DNA of 64,000 nt from Eledone cirrhosa (lineage: Eukaryota), in NCBI GenBank assembly GCA_964016885.1, contig OZ024754.1:39308001-39372000 (forward strand), given 5' to 3'. The notes under the pieces were generated by a model. It saw only the letters and a program-made list of their open reading frames with translations, had not been told where the DNA came from and did not search any database. The translations under genes and the position numbers were made by a program. Below are positions 51,185 to 64,000 of this stretch, piece after piece; the stretch's first letter is position 1; the number at the start of each line of letters is the position of its first letter.

Positions 51185-51862
51185 CATAGGCCTGCTGAAT
51201 AGGACTGACCAGGGTTAAACAACATAGGTCTGTTAAATCATGGTTAACCTGGGTTAAACAAAATAGGTCTGATGAATCAAGTCTGACCTGGGCTAAACAA
51301 CATAGCTTTACTGAGTTATGGTTGACCTAGGTTAAACATCACAGCTTCACTGAGTCATGGTTGACCTAGGTTAACCCTTTAATGTTCAAACCGGCCAAAA
51401 TCAGCCAGAATTCTCTACCTCTTTCTGTTGAAACTGGCTGTAACTGGCCACTCAAACTGATGTTAAGGTATTATTCTCAAAATAAATACTTTCAAAATCT
51501 TATAGATTCGATATTATGTGAGGTAAAAGCTTTACCATGAAAATATAATAGTATATACAGAGTAATGTGAATGTTAAAGGGTTAAACAACATAGCTTTAC
51601 TGAGTCATGGTTGACCTAGGTTAAACAACATAGCTTTACTGAGCCATGGTTGACCTAGGTTAAACAACATAGCTTTACTGAGCCATGATTGAACTGGATT
51701 AAACAATATAACTTCACTGAGTCATGGTTCAACTGGGTTAAACAATATAACTTCACTGAGTCATGGTTCAACTGGGTTAAACAATATAACTTCACTGAGT
51801 CATGGTTCAACTGGGTTAAACAATATAACTTCACTGAGTCATGGTTCAACTGGGTTAAACAA
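51185..51862. repeat. ~39-bp minisatellite
   Basis: ttcactgagtcatggttcaactgggttaaacaatataac units. Confidence 0.88.
51371..51585. mobile_element. piggyBac-like MITE inserted in a minisatellite
   Basis: TTAA TSD falls within the ggttaaac unit. Confidence 0.85.
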
Positions 51863-52140
51863 GAGTGCTGAACTGAATGTCCTGAAATTCAAGAGTAATT
51901 TCCAGAGATAAAATTCAGGACTGGTGACGGCTTAAAAACTGCTGACCCTTCAAGAAGTCAACACCATTTGTCATCATTTTACATCCATATTTCATGCTGG
52001 CATGAGTTGGACAGGTCATTATGGCCTGAGTCAGTTCTTATTGAGAATAACTCCCTATCCACCCAGCCAAAGCCAGGTCCGACCACATCAAAGACCCTTC
52101 TACACATGATGGAGAATACAGTGCATCTATATTACAACCA

Positions 52141-52181
<41 letters not shown>

Positions 52182-53044
52182 AGTAAATAAATTTTGAATA
52201 CTCTTGGATTTCCTAATAACTACCTGGTATCAGTCAGCTGTACATATGATGTGGGAAACATTGCAACACAAAAGTTAAAAACAGAATACTTTACAATCTT
52301 ATCAGTATTCAATCATTTACTTTCTTTTTTTTTTTACAATAAACAAAGTTATTATAAGAAGGGCGTTTTTTTCGGCATGTTCTATTTTTGTTTAAAACAA
52401 AAGAATTTATAAATTTATGGTAAAACAAGTTTAATGCCCTCTCCGCCTACAAATGACTTTCTTAGCCTTTTCATGACCGTATTTATAATGAAATACTCTC
52501 TTTCAATTAGCATTTAAACTAGCCATATCCAACCAGAATTCTGTTACCTCTCTCTATTCAAACTGGCTGTAACCGGCCACTCATACTGATGTTAAGGTAT
52601 TGTTCTCAAAATAAATAATATCAAAATCTCATAGATTCGATATTATGTGAGATAAAGCCTTTACCATGAAAATATAATAATAAAGTAATGTAAATGTTAA
52701 TGGGTTAAAGCAGAATTTTAAAGGATTTACTCAAATGATTAATTGAACTTAAAATATGGTTCTTGTATAAGATCGTGTCTGACTGTGCAGACCTCTGACT
52801 GAGCAGACCTCTGACCAAAAGACATTTTATCCACAAACATCTCTTCTGTTTCATAGAACCAACGAGACTCCGTACACACACAGTTCCCCCTGGCAGCCCA
52901 CTTCAGTTCTTATTTATAGAGTTTCGCCTAGTCCACTTTTAGTTACACGGGGGGTATTCAGGGTTGTTGCCCCATAACACATCATCGTCACCATTTCCAT
53001 GTTGGCATGGGTTGGATGGCACTTTTTGAGGCAGTGTTTTACAG

Positions 53045-53330
53045 CCAGACTGGCAAGCGATTTAGCGACCATATCTGTATCAGTGAGCTGCTCAACATCA
53101 CTAGGCTTAGACCAATTACATCAGTTGTCAGGTCAAGAGTACTCAAACTGTACGGTCATATAAAAAGGTCAACTCGTGGTGTGAGTAGATTATGCCTGGA
53201 AGGAAGGTTGGCTGGTAAGAGAAGCAGAGGCCGGCAGCCAAAACGGTTGCTTGATAATGTCAACTTATGGACTAGACTTGACCTTTGCTTTTTAAACTCT
53301 GCTGTTGGTGATCGAAAGGTATTATATATT
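53045..53330 (+). mobile_element. RTE-like LINE fragment
   Basis: Translates LKLYGHIKRS...LEGRLAGKRSRGRQPKR. A related copy is at 2730-2910. Confidence 0.8.
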
Positions 53331-53989
53331 CCTGGAAGGAAGGTTGGCTGGTAAGAGAAGCTGAGGCCGGCAGCCATAACGGTTGCTTGATAATGTCAAC
53401 TTATGGACTGGACTTGACCTTTGCTTTTTAAACTCTGCTGTTGGTGATCGAAAGGTATTATATATTCCTGGAAGGAAGGTTGGCTGGTAAGAGAAGCTGA
53501 GGCCGGCAGCCATAACGGTTGCTTGATAATGTCAACTTATGGACTGGACTTGACCTTTGCTTTTTAAACTCTGCTGTTGGTGATCGAAAGGTATTATATA
53601 TTCCTGGAAGGAAGGTTGGCTGGTAAGAGAAGCTGAGGCCAGCAGCCATAACGGTTGCTTGATAATGTCAACTTATGGACTGGACTTGACCTTTGCTTTT
53701 TAAACTCTGCTGTTGGTGATCAAAAGGTATTATATATTCCTGGAAGGAAGGTTGGCTGGTAAGAGAAGCTGAGGCTGGCAGCCATAACGGTTGCTTGATA
53801 ATGTCAACTTATGGACTGGACTTGACCTTTGCTTTTTAAACTCTGCTGTTGGTGATCGAAAGGTATTATATATTCCTGGAAGGAAGGTTGGCTGGTAAGA
53901 GAAGCTGAGGCTGGCAGCCATAACGGTTGCTTGATAATGTCAACTTATGGACTGGACTTGACCTTTGCTTTTTAAGCTCTGCTGCTGGT
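53194..53989 (+). repeat. 136-bp tandem array (~6 units) derived from an RTE ORF fragment
   Basis: cctggaaggaaggttggctggtaagagaag recurs every 136 nt. Confidence 0.95.
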
Positions 53990-54384
53990 GATTGAACTTT
54001 GTGGAGAGAGATATCTCATGTTGATGCTCAGTCTGCAACTGGAGGAGTTTAGCGTCTGGATAATAATTTACAGTCAGATGCCATTCTTGAAACCAACCCT
54101 TTTAGTTGCTTTGTATGACACCCATGAATACGGTGTGTCTGTTCTAAACTGGATACAAATAGTGGTTCAGTGTGGAAAAACGTAATCAAATAAGATTCTT
54201 TGTGTATGTGTGTGTGTGCATGTGTAAACGTGTACCATATGTGTGTATGTGTAAATGTGTATCGTATAGGAGTTAGTGGGGGAGTTAATGGGTGTGTGTT
54301 TGCATGTTGTAAGCCATATGTGTATGTGTGAGTAAGTGTGTATGTGTATGAGTATGTGAATGTATGTGTGCAAGTGTGTTGAGG

Positions 54385-55405
<1,021 letters not shown>

Positions 55406-55879
55406 AAGGTTAATTAAACAACAATCAGCAACATAGCTCAGTGAAACAAGACACTCATTCCTATTTCTACATATAGTTAGAATTTAATGAAAACAATGAT
55501 AAAAACAGGTTATTCCAGTATGTATATCAGCTTATTCCAGTGTGTATATTAGATTATTCCAGTGTATATATAAAGGAATGATTACCATATTGAAGGAAAG
55601 ATGACCTCAAAATTATAAATTGGCAAAAAGCAAATACAGAGAAATATGTTCATGAATTCATAAATTCCAAATAAACCTATTTCTCTATATGCAAATGAAA
55701 ACAGTGTTCTCTTGAGAAACCACTGATGAAGATGGCAATAATTATGGCTTGGCCTGATTCTTAAGTAAACACTACATATACACATAATAGTACATGTGTC
55801 TTACTTGCTTTCTTGGTCATTTTCTTAGCTGTATAAGTTTCAAGAAATATTACCATTCCACAACACTGTAGCCTAATGG

Positions 55880-56095
55880 GTAACCCTTTAGCATTTACAT
55901 TACTCTATATATACTATTGTATTTTCATGGGAAAGGCTTTATCTCACATAATATCAAATCTATGAGATTTTGATATTATCTATTTTGAGAACAATACCTT
56001 AACATCAGTATGAGTGGCTTGTTATGGCCAGTTTGAACAGAAAGAGGTGAGAGAATTCTGGCCGGATACAGCCGGTTTAAATGCTAAAGGGTTAA
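55880..56095. mobile_element. piggyBac-like MITE splitting a SINE head
   Basis: The SINE A box tagcctaatgg lies to the left and the rest of the head (ggtgttggactcacaa...gtttgattcc) to the right. Confidence 0.8.
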
Positions 56096-57451
56096 GGTGG
56101 TGTTGGACTCACAATTGTAATGTTGTCGGTTTGATTCCTGCACCAGGTGCTGCAGTGTGTTATTGAGTAAAAGAAAACAAAACAACCCTTCATTTCACAT
56201 TGCTCCAGACAACTCAGTTGAAAGTGAGTACCAACAGTAGTAGCTGGGAGTTAACTGAGGGGCATCATGACTAGTCTTATACGCCTAGCTTCTTAACACC
56301 AATGAAAGTGAAATAAGCTGTGGCCTTCTAAGACTGTACTCTCAGTTGCTTAACACCAATGAAACCAAGATAGCTGGAAGGCTGATGAGTCTTCTAGTAG
56401 TGTACACTGTCTCTTAACACTAATGAAACTAGGGTAAACTCTAGCCTGATGAACCTTCAGGCTTGGGACCTACTTTGACACTACAATGGACTAGTGTCTT
56501 GTACAGGGGAAAATCTTTTACTTTCAGTCATTTAACACCAATTAAACCAGAATAAGCTCCGGTTCAATAAGCTTCTACATGCTTAGGACATACTGTAACA
56601 TTTAACTTTTAACCCCTGCAGAGATAATGGTTGTATCATATCACGATACAAAGATGAATAGCATGTGTCTAGAAACTTGATGTCACTACAAATGCTGGCT
56701 AGGCCTCAATCATCACTAAAAATCTCTTCCATCAAAGACTGTCCTTAACACCAACCACTTTACGGAGTGTATGCATTGAGTATATTTTATTGTGGCACCA
56801 GCACTATCACTTTGCAAAGTGTACTGAGTACATTTTATTGTGGCACCAACGTTGCCACTTTACAGAGTGTACTGGGTGCATTTTATTGTGGCACCAGCAC
56901 CAGAGAGGTTGTGATGTGCTCAACAACACTAAAGAGTCATCTCAACCCTATACTGTTTCCGTTCAATCACCTACTCCCTTTACAGAGTGTACTGGGTACA
57001 TTTTACTGTGACACCAACACTAAAGAGGTTATTAAATCCTCCACAAGACCTAAAGTGTGTCTTTACCCTACAATAACTTTACAGGGGAGTACCAGTAGCA
57101 TTTCCTTGTGCCACATCCTTGAGGTTGTTCCACTTGATGCAGTCTAAAAGGGAACTCTCCACTCTAAGTAGTCACCAATTTCTCATTAGATTTAGATTTA
57201 CTATTAGTGTCTTTTCTAACACTAGAATTTTTTCCAACACTCTGACGCGTATGTGTATATGTGTGTGCATGTGTATATGTATATACATACATTTATATGT
57301 ATGAGTATACAAATATAAACACGCAAACAGACACACGAAGATACACACTCACAGACATACATTCACACAAATACACGTACATACACAAACATTCTCACGA
57401 ACACACACACATTGTGTGATGGACAGAAGTCACTCACATTTATATATAGAT

Positions 57452-57680
57452 GTATTTCTTTATTTGCCACAAGGGCGCACAAGAAAGGGGACAAAACAAG
57501 GACACATGCCGGGGATTTTACATACAGTCGTGTAAAAATATTGAAACAAACAAATTTAACAATCGAAATCCCCAATAGGGGGGGAGGCGCCACAAATGGG
57601 TTGTCAAGCATACAAGGTCCTGTAACTCCTGGGAGAGTCATAGGGGTGCCCTATTGACATGTGACGTTTCTAGGTCAATT
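57452..57680 (-). mobile_element. 3' end of a dispersed retroelement (ends cccttgtggcaaataaagaaat)
   Basis: The same terminus occurs at ~47275, ~47722 and ~47865, always next to GATA/TA microsatellites. Confidence 0.55.
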
Positions 57681-58004
57681 TTTAAACCTAGCAGAGCCCT
57701 GTTTCCTCTCCAGGTCTGAATTCAGCTGATTTCTTCCAGAGAAAGATAGAATGGAAGTGAGATAGAGATAGAGAGGAAGAATCGACTCCAGTACTTGACT
57801 GGTACTTTTTTTTTTTACCGACCTCGAATGGATGAAAGGCAAAGCTGACCTTGGCTGGATTTGAAGTGAGAGAGCAGAAAGCCGAAATGAATACCACCCA
57901 TCAAGTATTCTATACAACCTGCTCACCACTCTACCAATTTACAAACTATGTTTATTATATACAAAATGTATTTTCCTTTTGATACATTTTGTATATAATA
58001 AACA

Positions 58005-58192
58005 TAATTGTTTCTACTTTAGGCACAAGGCCAGCAATTATCCCAATGCATTACTGGTACTTTATTTTATTGACCCCGCAAGGATGAAAGGCAAAGTCAA
58101 CCTCGGCGGGATTTGAACTCAGATTGTAAAGGGACGTAACTATGCTGGAAAGCATGGCGTCCGACCCTCTACTGATACTGCCAATCCACCGC
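58005..58192 (-). mobile_element. SINE family A copy
   Basis: Matches the family consensus; taaacataat is repeated on the flanks. Confidence 0.85.
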
Positions 58193-58706
58193 TTTAAACA
58201 TAATGGTTAGGAGGTTGTATAGAATGCTTTTATGGGTGGTATTCAAAGTTCTGTCTGGAGAGATTTCTTAGTATCAGAATGCTGCTTCCTATTACAATTA
58301 TAGATTATCATCAGACATTTAATGGTTGTTTCTCCCATAGTTGTCCGTTAGAACTGTCAACCTTTCTATATAAAACATAAGATAAGTTTGTGTGAACCAG
58401 AACATGTGCAAGAGAAGAGAATATATATTAAAAGTGTCATATCAGAAGAAATGTCAAAGATGAAACCAAAGCCAGATAAATCTAGATATGAAATTATAAA
58501 TAGCTACAATGAAATACCATATGTGAACCATCGATATTTGTGTAAATAAGGAAACATGATAATTCTTAACTGTGAGAATGTTAAGAAAACACGATACTTT
58601 CAGCAAACATCTCCGTACAATAAAGACTGAACAATACTCTCATGGATGCTTAAGATACAATTAATAGATATTGTGTGTGTGCGTGTGTGTGTCTGTGTCT
58701 GTGTCT

Positions 58707-58748
<42 letters not shown>

Positions 58749-59195
58749 AGAGAGAGAGAGAGAGAGGTATAGATATATACATACATACATATACCCTTGA
58801 TAGATAGCACAGAAAGTTTAATGTTAAATGACGATGATTGTATATATATATACACATATATAAATAAATAGAGAGAGAGAGAGGGGAGGGAGATATAGAT
58901 ATACACATGTATTTCACCCCCATACCTATATATTCACCAACACTACACCTGATATTCCCACTCCATACACAGACACGTGTATCTGTGTGAATATCATGAC
59001 TCATACACTGTTCACTTTCCTGACACTTGTACATTATTCTATGTACTATACATGCACCTTTGATGATCTGTAGTGCACCTGAGCACTGTACACAATAATT
59101 TCATTATTAGAGAGAGAGAGATAGACCCTTGCTAGCAAGGAAAGTGAACGTAATATAATGATGATGATGATTTTATATATATAGATATATATATT

Positions 59196-60003
59196 CAAGC
59201 CCTATAATACCAAAACCTGCTAACACAAAAACAGTACAACACAGCTACACCGGACCAGGGGGGGATCGAAATCCCTGTGTCAAAATCAATACAAGACCTG
59301 GGGATAGACATGAGCAACGATGCATCTTTTTCTTCATACATCATGAGGGTAGCGACAATGTGCAGACGACTCGCTGGCTGGATCTTGAGGACTTTCTGAC
59401 CGGGGGACCATGTTGATACTATGGAGGACATTTGTCGTAAGTGGACTGGACTTCTGCTCCCAACTGTGGTCACCCCATAGTATCAAACTAACCACGGAGC
59501 TTGAGGCAATCCAACGAAGCTACACCAAGAGGAGTGCCATGATGAAGGAGGAGCTACGGGGAGAAGCTAAAAGAACTGACACTCTACTCCTTGATATGCA
59601 GTGATATACATATGGAAAATCCTGGAGGGACTAGCACCAAGCATTAGCATTGTCAGCTGGACCAACCCCTGAACAGGACGTGAATGTGTGGTACCAAAGG
59701 TCCCACCTTTCACATATAGAATAAGGAGCAGATATTACAATAACCTGGGGTTCAAAGGCCTCAACCCTTCGACAAGCTGCCAAGAAATTTGAGAGATCTG
59801 CATGGTGGGGACGTTGGTGTTTTCAAGAAACATCTTGACACTCTGCTACCCAGGATCCCGGATGAGACTACAGCACAGTACGGAGGTAACCTAAGGGCAG
59901 CAGCAACAAACTCCCTCTTACACCAATAGCCAGCCAACACAGGCAGGAGATAGAACGTGTAGCAACAAGGGCGGTGCCCCAGCATGGCCTCAAAAGGTAA
60001 AAG
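59196..60003 (+). mobile_element. Degraded CR1-group LINE 3' region
   Basis: Translates DLGIDMSND...GWILRTF...LDFCSQLWSP...LEAIQRSYTK, with stops and frameshifts. Confidence 0.8.
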
Positions 60004-60004
60004 A

Positions 60005-60082
<78 letters not shown>

Positions 60083-60242
60083 AAGCAGGGAAAAGCGGAT
60101 GTAAAATGATGATGATGATGATGATATAAATATATAAATATACATATATATACACACATATATATAAATATACATATATACACACATATATATATCAATA
60201 TTCATATATATATATATATAAATATTCATATATATACACATA

Positions 60243-60274
<32 letters not shown>

Positions 60275-60639
60275 CACATATATATATACATATATACATA
60301 TATATATATACACATATATACATATATATACATATATATAAATATATACATATATATAAATATATACATATATATAAATATATATATACAAATATATATA
60401 TATACAAATATATATATATACAAATATATATATATACAAATATATATATATACATATATATAAATATATACATATATATAAATATATACATATATACAAA
60501 TATATATATATACAAATATATATATATACAAATATATATATATAAATATATATATATAAATATATATATAAATATATATATATACACATATATATAAATA
60601 TATATATATACACATATATATAAATATATATATATACAC

Positions 60640-60670
<31 letters not shown>

Positions 60671-60963
60671 CACATATATATAAATATATATATATACATA
60701 TATATACACATATATATAAATATATATATATAAATATATACATATATATATATACATATATATATATACATATATATATGTATATATGTATAGTGTTGCT
60801 GAGATGTGAGGAATATATTTAGAAGTGAGCAAGGGTGAAAGGAATTCCAGATTGTCGTATGTTGGGAAGAAATAGTGAGAGTAAAACAACAGTATTTATT
60901 CAACTTGAGAGATGCCAACAAATTAGATACAGCTGGTAAGGAAAAGAGAGCAGAACATTCAGA

Positions 60964-61145
60964 TAGGCAGTATCGGGAGAGGGTCGGACGCCATGTTTTC
61001 TAGCATAGAGTTACGGCCCTTGCCATTCTGAGTTCAAATCCCGCCGAGGTTAACTTTGCCTTTCATCCTTTCGGGGTCAATAAAATAAAGTACCAGTAAT
61101 GTACTGAGTAATTGCTGGCCTTGTGCCAAAAGTAGAAACAATTAT
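60964..61145 (+). mobile_element. SINE family A copy
   Basis: Matches the family consensus. Confidence 0.85.
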
Positions 61146-62355
61146 AAACATATGGAATCAAGGTGTATATAATTCCTTCTATATATATATATATAAAACA
61201 TATATATATATATAATTCCTTCTATATATATATATATATATATAAAACATATATATATAATTCCTTATATATATATATAAAACATATATATATATAATTC
61301 CTTATATATATATATATAAAACATATATATATAATTCCTTATATATATATATAAAACATATATATATATAATTCCTTATATATATATATAAAACATATAT
61401 ATATATAATTCCTTATATATATATATATAAAACATATATATATATAATTCCTTCTATATATATATATAAAACATATATATATATAATTCCTTCTATATAT
61501 ATATATAAAACATATATATATATAATTCCTTCTATATATATATATATAATTCCTTATATATATATATAAAACATATATATATATAATTCCTTATATATAT
61601 ATATATATATAATTCCTTATATATATATATAAAACATATATATATATAATTCCTTATATATATATATATAAAACATGTATATATAATTCCTTATATATAT
61701 ATATAAAACATATATATATATATAATTCCTTATATATATATATATATAAAACATATATATATATAATTCCTTCTATATATATATATATAAAACATATATA
61801 TATATAATTCCTTCTATATATATATATAACATATATATATATAATTCCTTCTATATATATATATATAAAACATATATATATATAATTCCTTCTATATATA
61901 TATATAAAACATATATATATATAATTCCTTATATATATATATATAAAACATGTATATATAATTCCTTATATATATATATAAAACATATATATATATAATT
62001 CCTTCTATATATATATATAAAACATATATATATAATTCCTTATATATATATATAAAACATATATATATAATTCCTTATATATATATAAAAAACATATATA
62101 TATAATTCCTTCTATATATATATAAAACATATATATATATAATTCCTTCTATATATATATATATAAAACATATATATATATAATTCCTTCTATATATATA
62201 TAAAACATATATATATATAATTCCTTCTATATATATAAAACATATATATATATAATTCCTTCTATATATATATATAAAACATATATATATATAATTCCTT
62301 CTATATATATAAAACATATATATATATAATTCCTTCTATATATATATAAAACATA

Positions 62356-62804
62356 TTCTTCATTGCTGTAGTGGAGTCTGTGCTGCTGTATGGGTCTGAG
62401 ACTTGGACACTGACCAAGACACTCACTCAGATGGTGGATGGGTGCTACACGAGAATGCTGAGGATGGCTCTGAACATTAATCAGTATACACTGAGGATGA
62501 AAAACTCAGAGCTGTATGGGAGACTCCCAAAAGTCAGCTCAAAAGTGACACAGAGGAGACTGAGGTTGGCTGGACATGCTCACCGACATCCAGAGTTGAC
62601 ATTGCACTCAGTTCTCCTTTGGGAGCCCCTACATGGACACAGTAGAAGGGGAAGACCAAGGTTAACATATGTTGATGCCCTAAGGACAGACACTGGTCTG
62701 TTGGAGATGCAGGATATGGCAGCGATAATGAGGGACAGAGACCGCTGGAGAGAACTCGTCCATGGATCTCGGGAATTTTACCCGCCTTAGATAGATAGAT
62801 AGAT
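62356..62804 (+). mobile_element. RTE-like LINE 3' end with uninterrupted ORF and (ATAG)n tail
   Basis: Translates ESVLLYGSETWTL...RMLR...RRLRLAGH...RGRP...DRDRWR. The TAG stop at 62790 runs straight into the tail. Confidence 0.9.
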
Positions 62805-63354
62805 ATATATATAATTCCTTCTATATATATATATAAAACATATATATATATAATTCCTTATATATATATATAAAACATGTATATATATAATTCCTTCTAT
62901 ATATATATATAAAACATATATATATATAATTCCTTATATATATATATAAAACATGTATATATATAATTCCTTCTATATATATATATAAAACATATATATA
63001 TAATTCCTTATATATATATATATATATAAAACATATATATATATAATTCCTTCTATATATATATATATATAAAACATATATATATATAATTCCTTCTATA
63101 TATATATATAAAACATATATATATAATTCCTTCTATATATATATAAAACATATATATATATAATTCCTTCTATATATATATAAAACATATATATATATAA
63201 TTCCTTCTATATATATATAAAACATGTATATATATAATTTCTTATATATATATATATCGTGACACACGACCGTGACTTCTGGCGTCACGCAGTAATACAG
63301 GGTACCCGACCTCCCATGGGTACATGCTGAAGCATATAAACAATATGCCCCCAC

Positions 63355-63635
63355 TCCCCCCACCGCAAGGTGGTCGTGGAGGTGCCACGGCAAAAAAGCA
63401 CCCAGCCCACACTGGAAAGTGGACGTGTAGGCGCCACGAAAAAGCACCCAGCACTCACTGTAAATGAGGTTGGTGTTAGGAAGGGCATCCAGCTGTAGAA
63501 ATCAAGCCAGATCAGTTCCTGTATGAGCAAGGCATGGTCAGCCGACCAGACACTGCCCACAACAGGACAACCCGTCTAACCCATGCTAGCGTGGAAGAAC
63601 GGACGTAAAACGGTGATGATGATGATGATGATGAT
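63355..63635 (+). mobile_element. SINE family B / RTE-tail fragment within satellite
   Basis: Matches 3140-3410. Confidence 0.8.
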
Positions 63636-64000
63636 ATATATAAAACATATATATATAATTCCTTATATATATATATAAAACATATATATATAATTCCTTC
63701 TATATATATATAAAACATATATATATAATTCCTTATATATATATATAAAACATATATATATAATTCCTTATATATATATATAAAACATATATATATAATT
63801 CCTTATATATATATATAAAACATATATATATAATTCCTTATATATATATATATATAAAACATATATATATATAATTCCTTATATATATATATATATATAT
63901 AATTCCTTATATATATATATAAAACATATATATATAAACAGTCGATCGACTTTTTGTCAATTGGGACCAAGGAAACAATGTTTCCATTGGTCTTTCCAAT

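Larger units (their letters stand above)
61165..63937. repeat. AT-rich satellite (aattcctt[c]-(TA)n-aaaaca-(TA)n) interrupted by a LINE and a SINE
   Basis: ~30-38-bp variable unit over ~2.8 kb. Confidence 0.95.

Noticed and set aside
55805-55820. Alternative MOB2 first exon ATGACCAAGAAAGCAA|gtaaga
   Set aside because: The donor is phase 1, but the next MOB2 exon needs phase 2.

Overview
Repeat-rich animal genomic DNA, most likely a coleoid cephalopod (Octopus-like). This assignment is inferred from the SINE/LINE repertoire and microsatellite load. Two intron-containing protein genes lie on the minus strand, and the ORF track almost entirely misses them. (1) The first three coding exons of an adaptor-protein mu subunit, best fit AP4M1 (4543-4480, 2522-2437, 417-311; the gene continues off the left edge). 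Its first intron has U12 minor-spliceosome signatures: a GTATCCTTTT donor and a CTTAAC branch point ~10 nt before the AG. (2) MOB2, with four well-supported exons (23216-23050, 17273-17177, 12083-11959, 10149-9761) and a candidate first exon near 31.9 kb. The rest is TE and tandem-repeat landscape. It includes two tRNA-derived SINE families, RTE/CR1/CRE-type LINE fragments, a TTAA piggyBac-like MITE in about 15 copies, hAT and Tc1/mariner MITEs, and Penelope-like palindromes with a minimal hammerhead ribozyme. Many minisatellites are present, and several are built from retroelement ends, including two 45-bp arrays made of the 5' half of a SINE tRNA-like head. Most ORF-track entries are microsatellite artefacts. 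No CRISPR or prokaryotic system is evident.
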